From positions 1 to 64,000 of the IMG/VR virus record IMGVR_UViG_3300032820_000003: DNA of 64,000 nt; one strand, given 5' to 3'. A program made the translations under genes and the position numbers. This document shows, piece after piece, positions 34,849 to 42,858 of this stretch. A model generated the notes under the pieces. That model did not search any database, had not been told where the DNA came from, and was given only the letters and a program-made list of their open reading frames with translations. Every line of letters starts with the position of its first letter. The stretch's first letter is position 1. The stretch is from a virus.

Positions 34849-36396
34849 TCAATCGTCATTGTCCTCCTTATCGTCTGCTTTATTCATCCAATCTAAGAAT
34901 GATTTTGTTAATTTACTATAACCCGGAGAGTCTTCATTTAAACGCTCTCCTAAATGTTCTCCAGCTTCGTTAGTAACCCACGGTGGTTTGTGATGAATCG
35001 GTATGCCGAACATATCCGTTTCCACTTCCACAACTGGAGTGTATCTCATTCCTTCAGGCGGTTGCTCTGATGGGAATCCATACTCTCTTAATAACTGATG
35101 ATGCTCTGCATCCCTTCCCTCATAGTTTTCAAGTGTTGGGAAAGATGCTCCATCATTAGCATCAGTCTTATATCGTTGATCTTCAGCCTTTGCGACTTTC
35201 TCAGATCGTTCTCGATGTCCATATTGTTCCAAATACTCTTCAGAATATGGTTCATTCTTATCAGCTTTTACTAGACCATGATCTCGTGTGGATTGCATTC
35301 CACTCCCTTCAGTAGTCCATTCAGTATTAGCTTCCATCCAAGCGTCAAAAGACTTTTTAAAATCTATGTCACCTTTATCATTTGCCATTAGTGTCACCTC
35401 AATTACTTTTGTTGGGCCTCTATCATTATTGAATTCATCTGGTGTATCTTCTTCATGCGTTGCGTATAACTTACACCACATATCCTCATCAATATTTCCT
35501 ACCACAACAGAACAACTATCGCCTGTATAAAATTTACATGTACCACATTTAATATTAGCTTCTTGTTCTACGTCAGTAGCATGTCGATATCCTGCTGCTT
35601 CTTGATCTATCTTTCCATCTTGTTTTTCTAGAGGGATAAGACAGCTGCCGTCCACACAGGAATGATCTGGAGAGTTATGCCCCTTTATAATATCAAATCC
35701 AGCAGCTTGGTTTACTCCCTTCTCACAGATCGTAACCTCTGCTAGTTCCATTGCGTCTACCTGAAGATATTTCTGTAGACCTTTTTCCATATTTTGCGTC
35801 TTAGTGGCTGATCCAGCAATTGAATAAGAACGTAACTTACCATCATTAACTTGTTCAGCTACTCGTTTTGATATTTTTGTGTCATCTCGTAGTTCCGTAA
35901 TAAAGAATAATCCTTTATCATCCACACCACTTTTAAAAATTTGTCCGCTTTTAGTTATATAACATGGCAAAGCCCATCCAACTTGTACATCAGAATGGAG
36001 TACCATTGCATTTCTAGTACGGAAATTTCCCATATACTTCTCAAAGGCTTCTTCCAATGCCTTCGTCATAATCATATGACCTTCTCTATCAACGACCTCT
36101 ACGGATGCTGGGCCGCCAACCACAATAACGTCATCAGGGTCAATGCCAGTTGCAGCTTTTTGAAAGTCATCATTATCTGGGAAAGCACGAGCCAATGTAA
36201 GAATCTCTCCCTTAGAAGCAATCCCTGCTTTAAATAACCGTAAATATTCATCTAACCCCTTCGCTATTTTCTCTAGAGAGGTGCGACCAATTTGTTGCTT
36301 TTCCAGCATCGTAATACTAGAATCTTCAGCAACAAAATTATAAAAGTCCGAATCTTTCCTTACAGAAAATAAAGCTTCATCAAATAGTGTTGTCAT
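34849..36396 (-). CDS. Prohead (capsid maturation) protease with HiPIP-like C-terminal domain
   Basis: G.AS...VDR.G, H...VG, SYSIAG, EL.EV.+....N HK97/herpes-type serine protease motifs; lies downstream of capsid. Confidence 0.85.
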   Translation of the reverse strand: MTTLFDEALFSVRKDSDFYNFVAEDSSITMLEKQQIGRTSLEKIAKGLDEYLRLFKAGIASKGEILTLARAFPDNDDFQKAATGIDPDDVIVVGGPASVEVVDREGHMIMTKALEEAFEKYMGNFRTRNAMVLHSDVQVGWALPCYITKSGQIFKSGVDDKGLFFITELRDDTKISKRVAEQVNDGKLRSYSIAGSATKTQNMEKGLQKYLQVDAMELAEVTICEKGVNQAAGFDIIKGHNSPDHSCVDGSCLIPLEKQDGKIDQEAAGYRHATDVEQEANIKCGTCKFYTGDSCSVVVGNIDEDMWCKLYATHEEDTPDEFNNDRGPTKVIEVTLMANDKGDIDFKKSFDAWMEANTEWTTEGSGMQSTRDHGLVKADKNEPYSEEYLEQYGHRERSEKVAKAEDQRYKTDANDGASFPTLENYEGRDAEHHQLLREYGFPSEQPPEGMRYTPVVEVETDMFGIPIHHKPPWVTNEAGEHLGERLNEDSPGYSKLTKSFLDWMNKADDKEDNDD

Positions 36397-36405
36397 AAAA
36401 ACTCC

Positions 36406-37341
36406 TTATATATGACTGCCCCAAATAACTCCATGTACAACTGGAGTACCTGATGCAGCTACTATCGAAACCTTGTCCCTGAAATCTAAGGCGGGCATTC
36501 CTGTTTCAAAAGTATCTGTACCTGAAACTCTAATACCTGTTGTAGCAGATGCTACTGTATCAAAAGCAACATATACGGGAATTGTAGCGTGTTGATTAGT
36601 TATTTTAATACCTTTAATTACAATTAAGTCAGATTTCTTTTTAGAGGTTGATAGGTTTGCTGCTCCTGCCCATGAATAATTTACACCCAAACCACCATCT
36701 ATATAATCAGAAACTGAGTTATCAGTTCGTATTTCACACATAATCTTATCAACATAGAAATCTATATTGTGGTTTGCAACTGTTAAGACTTTCATTAAAT
36801 ACTGTGTAGTATTTGTGGAAGCTGGAACAGCATATGTCGCTGTAATACGTTGAAAACTTGTTGATAAACTTGTAGTTGCGGATGTTGCTAGAACAGTATG
36901 TGAAGCAGTAACGGCTTCATTATCAGTAATCATAATAGCTACATCACCACTTGCAGATGCTCCTCGTACTTCAGCTTGAACTGTAATATATTGAACATCT
37001 ATATTATATGGAACATTTGGAATACTCCAATAAAATCCTTCTCCCCCAGCACTATTACCGGGATTTACTAAAAGTGAATTAGTTCCAGAAGCTGCTTGAG
37101 CCGAACTTCTAGATATTGCTGAACCTACAGCTGTAAATTCTGTAATATTAGTCCCTTCAATACTAGGGTTTTTAACTAGGTTAACCGCTGGTTTAGTCGC
37201 AGCCGCTGTTACAAGGGTCTGGGCTGTTGTTGATAGCGTTTCTTCAAAAGGAACGTAACGTGTCATTGGATGAACAGATTGTCTAGTTGACGAATCTACA
37301 TCCCATTCTCTTGCATCAGTATGTCGTATGTTATCACTCAT
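36406..37341 (-). CDS. Capsid-associated protein with inserted carbohydrate-binding (CBM4/9-like) domain
   Basis: NLVKNPSIE..FYVDKI beta-sandwich signature; T/S/A-rich. Confidence 0.65.
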   Translation of the reverse strand: MSDNIRHTDAREWDVDSSTRQSVHPMTRYVPFEETLSTTAQTLVTAAATKPAVNLVKNPSIEGTNITEFTAVGSAISRSSAQAASGTNSLLVNPGNSAGGEGFYWSIPNVPYNIDVQYITVQAEVRGASASGDVAIMITDNEAVTASHTVLATSATTSLSTSFQRITATYAVPASTNTTQYLMKVLTVANHNIDFYVDKIMCEIRTDNSVSDYIDGGLGVNYSWAGAANLSTSKKKSDLIVIKGIKITNQHATIPVYVAFDTVASATTGIRVSGTDTFETGMPALDFRDKVSIVAASGTPVVHGVIWGSHI

Positions 37342-37359
37342 TTAATTAATTTCTCCTTA

Positions 37360-37623
37360 TTAATCGCCAAAGCCAAAATGGGCTATGCCTATAAAACTTA
37401 CCATTACGGCTGACGTATGCAATATAAGAAGACCAACAGCTACTAGTCCAGTTTTTGCTCCTAAAACTCTTGACCTCCAAATCTGCATTTCATTCACATC
37501 ATCTTGTATTTTTTCTACTCTCGCACTTAATGTTTCATTTAATGCTGTTTGACTTTCTATGTATGCATCCAACCGTTCCATGTAAGTTGCCAGATTGACA
37601 ACTACTTCTTTTTCGGTGGACAT
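37360..37623 (-). CDS. Coiled-coil protein with C-terminal TM helix
   Basis: 87 aa, AAGGAG RBS. Confidence 0.65.
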   Translation of the reverse strand: MSTEKEVVVNLATYMERLDAYIESQTALNETLSARVEKIQDDVNEMQIWRSRVLGAKTGLVAVGLLILHTSAVMVSFIGIAHFGFGD

Positions 37624-37649
37624 ATAATTTACCTCTTTGTATTTTTAAT

Positions 37650-37688
37650 GAAAGAGAGGGGGAGGGTATTTCTCCCTCACCCCTCAAA
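37650..37688 (-). terminator. Terminator after the major capsid gene
   Basis: GAGGGGTGAGGG-AGAAATA-CCCTCCCCCTC-TCTTTC. Confidence 0.7.
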
Positions 37689-37695
37689 GTTAAGA

Positions 37696-39069
37696 CTAGG
37701 ACGTAGCGTTCAAGTCACCAATCTTGGACTGTACCCAGATATTTCTGCATCGCATTTCACCCATTGTGTAGAGTAGACCTCTAACAACAAGTGCATTGGC
37801 GGCGAAGTAATCTCTGTTCTCTACATACTGCGTGGGTTGCGCTATGGCAATTTCCATGTAGTCTGTATCAAGTACATAGATGTTTGACCCAAGAACTGAG
37901 TCATCGGCGGCTACTGAACTTGGTACATCCGCATCTGGTAGAATTGGGATACCTTGATAAGTAGCGAGGACTAGTCCAGTTCGTGTACCGGGGAAGGTTC
38001 TTTCAGAACCGACTCCAACCTGATACTCTTCCTGTCCCATGTACCTCTGATTGCTATTAAGCAACCTTTCCAAGTTAAAGTACTGGTCGTGACCAAGTAG
38101 GATCAACTTAGGCTCACCACCATTCTGCCTGATATTCTGTATAGCTGTATCAAGCAAAGTAAGGGTGAGGTTTCGTCCAACACCAGCATTCATGCTGACG
38201 TTAGCGGATGCGTTCCATTGTCCTGCGGCCCTACCACCAAAGGTAAGGTCATAGGCTCGGATACCACCATTTGCTGCGAAGTTAGCATTAGGAGTACCGC
38301 CAATAAAGTTTTGACCGTCCTCTGCTACTACGTCATCAAGTGATGTCATTCCAGCCCTGCTGTAAATAGCAACTCCGTCACCATCGGCAAAAGCTGTACC
38401 GCTTGCCAAGGTAACAACACCAGTAGTAGTATTAACAGCCGAGACTGTTCGTCCTACTTCACCTGTAATCCAGTTATTAGCTGAAGTGTCGTATTGTGCT
38501 ACTGTGTCACCAACTTTAAAGCTGGCTGCCATAGATGCTGGAACTGTAAAAGAAGTTGTTCCACCAGCAGATGTAATCATTGCTGCGGGGGACAATAGTT
38601 CCTCGTTAATTTCTTTGATGTGGTCAAGCTGTGCATTTTCGTTTTCCAACGCCAACACATCTCCTACGCCACCCTCAAGCTGTGCAGTAAAGACGGACTT
38701 TACCGATGCTCCGAAAGTGGTTGCTACGATTCGGGGTAAACTCGATACCGTTGCGATGTTTGAGATATCAACATCTGGAAGGGTTCCTGTTTCTGTAACA
38801 GGGCGGGATCGTCCTGAACCACGATCAGTTCTGACCCTCCAACCAGCTGTATTTCCCCAGACAGTTCTGGGAATGGCATTGAAGAAACGAGTTTGGTTAT
38901 TCAAAGCTTGCCATACTTTTCGTCCATACGTAGTATTAAAAATACCAGTTGCAGTATCGACTGTGAAATATGATTGTTTCATCATATACTCAGGGCCAAA
39001 TACGCTCTGATACAAACCACGCTGAGACTGTGCTACATATTCACTAAGTGATGGGTTTGACATACTCAT
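37696..39069 (-). CDS. Major capsid protein (HK97 fold) with beta-rich insertion
   Basis: 457 aa after scaffold; V.ETG.LP, G.P..IL, YQGIPI..D, IY.LDT motifs; followed by terminator. Confidence 0.85.
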   Translation of the reverse strand: MSMSNPSLSEYVAQSQRGLYQSVFGPEYMMKQSYFTVDTATGIFNTTYGRKVWQALNNQTRFFNAIPRTVWGNTAGWRVRTDRGSGRSRPVTETGTLPDVDISNIATVSSLPRIVATTFGASVKSVFTAQLEGGVGDVLALENENAQLDHIKEINEELLSPAAMITSAGGTTSFTVPASMAASFKVGDTVAQYDTSANNWITGEVGRTVSAVNTTTGVVTLASGTAFADGDGVAIYSRAGMTSLDDVVAEDGQNFIGGTPNANFAANGGIRAYDLTFGGRAAGQWNASANVSMNAGVGRNLTLTLLDTAIQNIRQNGGEPKLILLGHDQYFNLERLLNSNQRYMGQEEYQVGVGSERTFPGTRTGLVLATYQGIPILPDADVPSSVAADDSVLGSNIYVLDTDYMEIAIAQPTQYVENRDYFAANALVVRGLLYTMGEMRCRNIWVQSKIGDLNATS

Positions 39070-39093
39070 TCCTCCTATAATTTTTTAGTGTTA

Positions 39094-39978
39094 TTAGTTT
39101 ATTAATTCTCTTGGAACTCCATCTGTTTTGCCCATTTCAATATCGGCTTGCAGATTTCGTAGTTCTTTCCAAGAAAGATTCATTAATTGCTCGACAGTAT
39201 CACCGTCACCAGCGGACTTCGCTATAGGCGTAGTTCCATCGGTTCCGATTCCTGCGTCAATCATTCTAGGCCCTTGCAAGGAAGTTTCCTCTCGGAAGCC
39301 CATCTTGCGTAACCTCTCTTCACTTTCGTTCTGAATGGCTTTTTCCATGTTAGCCTCATACGAAGCGACCTGTTTCTTCAGATCGTCTAGTCTTTTCCTC
39401 ATCTCTGCCATTTCATCATCGTCTTCTTCGGCATCATCTTCGCCTTCCTTTCTCATCTCTGCTGCTTTACCTTCTTCCTCTTCTTCGTCCATAGGATAAT
39501 CATCTTCGCCCTTTTTAGCGTATTTTGCGCCTTCAACGGCTTCGTCATCCTCTTCTTCTTCATGATTCTCTTTGAGCATAGCCTGAATAGTTGCCTGAAC
39601 TGACTCAGTCTTACTATCAATACTAGCTTTCTTTTCGGAGTCATCGGCATTACCAGCAGACTTACCAGTACTAGAAGCATTATTTACTTTAGTACCATCT
39701 ACATCCATACCATTATCTCCTTTGATCATCGAAACTACTGCACCAGCTATTTCTTTAACGAGTGCTGTATGTTCCGCATTGGCTGCATCTTCTTCAGCCT
39801 TTCTCAATTCAGCTTCTTCAGTTGCTGAAAAGCGGGAATCCATCTTCTGTAGAACCTCGGCGACTGCCGCTAGAGCCAAGTTGGTTCCCTCCATTTGCTT
39901 CTCCACTCTTGTCATTATTTCATCTGACATAGGGATCACCTCCATTTTATTTTTGCTCCAACGGTTGGTCTTAGCCAT
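39094..39978 (-). CDS. Scaffolding protein
   Basis: Acidic/coiled-coil, immediately upstream of capsid; true start probably MSDEIM (~39930). Confidence 0.75.
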   Translation of the reverse strand: MAKTNRWSKNKMEVIPMSDEIMTRVEKQMEGTNLALAAVAEVLQKMDSRFSATEEAELRKAEEDAANAEHTALVKEIAGAVVSMIKGDNGMDVDGTKVNNASSTGKSAGNADDSEKKASIDSKTESVQATIQAMLKENHEEEEDDEAVEGAKYAKKGEDDYPMDEEEEEGKAAEMRKEGEDDAEEDDDEMAEMRKRLDDLKKQVASYEANMEKAIQNESEERLRKMGFREETSLQGPRMIDAGIGTDGTTPIAKSAGDGDTVEQLMNLSWKELRNLQADIEMGKTDGVPRELIN

Positions 39979-40033
39979 CCGACCATTAGATTATATAGAA
40001 ACCTATATTGTGATTTATATATTAACCACATTT

Positions 40034-40043
40034 TATTATACTA
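40034..40043 (-). promoter_or_regulatory. Putative late promoter TAGTATAATA
   Basis: Exact motif upstream of scaffold-capsid operon. Confidence 0.65.
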
Positions 40044-40065
40044 TTTTTATAGAAAAATCCTAACG

Positions 40066-40275
40066 TTAATCGTCTATTGGGGGTACTTCTCCAGCCGATA
40101 GACGTAATATATCGTTTCTAAAGTCATATAAAGGAACTTGAACCAGTTTTTTAAACTTTTCACATTGTGTTCCTTCAGGTAATGAAGCTTCAACTAAGTC
40201 TAAAACTTTACCTACCATACGTGAATGTCTTGCCACGATAAATTCTTGTTCTTTTGTTACATTTAAATCTGCCAT
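40066..40275 (-). CDS. Hypothetical protein
   Basis: 69 aa, GAGG RBS. Confidence 0.7.
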   Translation of the reverse strand: MADLNVTKEQEFIVARHSRMVGKVLDLVEASLPEGTQCEKFKKLVQVPLYDFRNDILRLSAGEVPPIDD

Positions 40276-40290
40276 TCTTTTCTAACCTCT

Positions 40291-40779
40291 TTATACTTTT
40301 GTTTTAAAAGTAGTACTAACTAATTCTTTGACAATATTATTCTCAGAAAACCATTTATCTGCTACGGTTTGTAGGATTGGATTCCCTTGTACCGCAGGAA
40401 TAGTATCTACTATTGCCCAATTTCCATCAGGCATTAAAACTGGTTTCTGATTTTTATATGTTCGTCTATGTTTTCTAACAGTCGTATTTCTACTCCCGGT
40501 TTTTCTTCTATGCCGTTTTACATTCTGTACATATGTTCCTGACACAGGTTCGGCGGGCCTTCCATTAGTCAATAAATCCATGTCAGGATGGTTGTAACCA
40601 TAGTTTATCCCATCATTTGTTTTATTAATAAATTCAGACGCTCGTATATTTCGTTGTGTGTCTGAAGGAATGGAAGAATTTGCTATCCATTGATTCGTTT
40701 CTCTAATAGCTTTATCAGTTAGTTTCTCTATAGCTTTTTCCATAGCCAATCTAGCTATTTTTGCTTTAATATTAGCCAT
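40291..40779 (-). CDS. Putative head-tail/neck-type basic protein
   Basis: 162 aa with VKRHRR..VRKHRR repeats; late-like promoter at 40805-40814. Confidence 0.5.
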   Translation of the reverse strand: MANIKAKIARLAMEKAIEKLTDKAIRETNQWIANSSIPSDTQRNIRASEFINKTNDGINYGYNHPDMDLLTNGRPAEPVSGTYVQNVKRHRRKTGSRNTTVRKHRRTYKNQKPVLMPDGNWAIVDTIPAVQGNPILQTVADKWFSENNIVKELVSTTFKTKV

Positions 40780-40837
40780 AAAGTACCTATCCCCCCTATA
40801 ATATAATTATACTAAGTAAAACGAAATTTCCTGTTAT

Positions 40838-42136
40838 TTAATTATTAACCCATAATTCAGGCAATACGTCTACGAATTTATCGCCACTATTATCATATCT
40901 ATTCAAATATAATACCTCTTTACCTATACATCCATACTGTGGATGCCAGTATGTAGCTATTTGTTTAGGACGAGTAATTGCAGTTAATCTCTGTAATGCA
41001 AACTCATCTCCCCCCTTCATTGTTCCACAGATATGTATTTCACCTGTTCCTATATCAATCTCATCTACTCGATGAAAATGACCTATCATAACAGAATCAA
41101 AATTGTCAGGAAGATTCCCTGCTACTCCAAGTTCCTCTCTCAAGGCTCGTTGGTATTCAAATACAGAACGCATCTTTGTAATATTATTCTGAATAGCTGT
41201 TCCTGATCCTGCTCCCGAAATAGCATCTCCATGCATTATTAAGACTTTTCGATCATATACATCAAATGTTGTTGCATAACTCTTTGGTATATGAAATTTT
41301 ATATTCTTCTGATCTCGACAGAAAGTTGCTACCCATTGATACAACATGTAATCCCAATCCATAAACTTGTCTTTCATTGGAGGTTTCCTAGTCATACGAC
41401 CATGATTACCTACAACACATGGTACTTCAATTTCGGAAAAGTGTGGGGCAAAAAACATTAAGGCTTGGGCTATTAAATTAGCCCCTCTAATCATCTGTCC
41501 CATACAGTTATCAATATTAGTACGGGCTAACTCTTCATGGATATCTCCACTAATCATATCTCCTAACATAGGAATAATCAACTTATTAATTGGAGATGCT
41601 TTACGCCTTAACTCTACTAATTGTAATAATTGATTGGCCCATCCATATAATCGTTCATTAAAAATATCAATATTATATTCATTTAATCCGACCATTTGGT
41701 CGATTTCAACTTTATCCCCAACATGAGTGTCCGATAACGGAGCGACCATAGTCTGCTCCCTGCCCTGTCCCGAAACCTTTTTAGGTTTAGGAATCGCCAC
41801 AGAACGAATTGCGGGAGCAAGAGTCCGTATCGAATCCTCAAACACTTCATTTTTAACTTGATTTTTAATTGATTGTTCATATAGTTTCTTCCAATAAACT
41901 GCTTCTGTCTTAAACGTTTGAAGTTTTTTATCTAATTTAATCCTATCTGAACCATCTAAATCATGTACTGCGTCAGCGATTTCTTCTGAAAAGATTTCCC
42001 TGTCGTACCACCTTTGAACTGTTGTTCGATGTACTTCCACTCCATACTCCTCCGCTAACCACCTCGTTATTCCCGTCCATGTCTGTCCTAGTTGTCTCTT
42101 TCTTACGATTTCTGATCTTGCCTGTTCTGGAATCAT
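40838..42136 (-). CDS. Calcineurin-like metallophosphoesterase with N-terminal HTH
   Basis: SDTHVG, LGDM, GNHGR, HGD, GHFH motifs. Confidence 0.88.
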   Translation of the reverse strand: MIPEQARSEIVRKRQLGQTWTGITRWLAEEYGVEVHRTTVQRWYDREIFSEEIADAVHDLDGSDRIKLDKKLQTFKTEAVYWKKLYEQSIKNQVKNEVFEDSIRTLAPAIRSVAIPKPKKVSGQGREQTMVAPLSDTHVGDKVEIDQMVGLNEYNIDIFNERLYGWANQLLQLVELRRKASPINKLIIPMLGDMISGDIHEELARTNIDNCMGQMIRGANLIAQALMFFAPHFSEIEVPCVVGNHGRMTRKPPMKDKFMDWDYMLYQWVATFCRDQKNIKFHIPKSYATTFDVYDRKVLIMHGDAISGAGSGTAIQNNITKMRSVFEYQRALREELGVAGNLPDNFDSVMIGHFHRVDEIDIGTGEIHICGTMKGGDEFALQRLTAITRPKQIATYWHPQYGCIGKEVLYLNRYDNSGDKFVDVLPELWVNN

Positions 42137-42251
42137 AATCCCTCCTAATCTCTAAATAAATAATTTTTCCACATATCACACAGAGTAAATCCTTATCTGA
42201 ATTTAAATACATAGCCCCTTCACATTTGGGGCATAATTTATGAGTTATCAT
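41973..42251 (-). CDS. Zn-ribbon protein
   Basis: CPKC..CVICG; 3' part overlaps the phosphoesterase gene. Confidence 0.5.
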   Translation of the reverse strand: MITHKLCPKCEGAMYLNSDKDLLCVICGKIIYLEIRRDYDSRTGKIRNRKKETTRTDMDGNNEVVSGGVWSGSTSNNSSKVVRQGNLFRRNR

Positions 42252-42858
42252 CTTCTAAGAGATGCATAATCTTCTGTATGTTTGTTGTACGACCATGATA
42301 CGCCTCTTCCATTAGGTTGTCAAGGTCTTTCATTAATGATACTATCTCTGCTGATGGATCAACACTATCCGATACCGCTGATTCTCTAGAGCGTCTATCT
42401 TTCTGTTCTCCATCTTTAATTTGTTCTACTTGCATTACGTACTCTTGTTCAGCTTCCGCAGCTGTATTATCCATTTCAGATGGAAACTCTGATACTTTAG
42501 GAGTATCGTTTTCCATATGTCGTTGATCTAGTGCTTTTTTAAGAGTCTCATATTTCTTTTCAACCTTCTTCTTTTTCTTGTTACCCCCACCATAAGTCGG
42601 TGTAAAGAATCCTGAATCAGTTGAGGTTGCTACAGCCCCACCAAATCCTCCGCCATCGCCTCCATTCTCTTTTTGGAGGTCTGCTGTATCTTCATTCCAC
42701 GATTGCTGTAGTGTATCGACATCCGTTAAAAGCATCTGCTGTTGTTCAGTAGATAAAAGTATTTTTGTTTTATGGAAGAGGTCTAAAAATTCCATATAGC
42801 CTTTCTTTTCAAAAACTTTTAAAAGACCTTTATACGCTCGTTCTTGTATTTTATCCAT
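42238..42858 (-). CDS. Putative head-associated protein
   Basis: 206 aa in portal operon; LQKE motif followed by a Gly-rich tract. Confidence 0.6.
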   Translation of the reverse strand: MDKIQERAYKGLLKVFEKKGYMEFLDLFHKTKILLSTEQQQMLLTDVDTLQQSWNEDTADLQKENGGDGGGFGGAVATSTDSGFFTPTYGGGNKKKKKVEKKYETLKKALDQRHMENDTPKVSEFPSEMDNTAAEAEQEYVMQVEQIKDGEQKDRRSRESAVSDSVDPSAEIVSLMKDLDNLMEEAYHGRTTNIQKIMHLLEDDNS

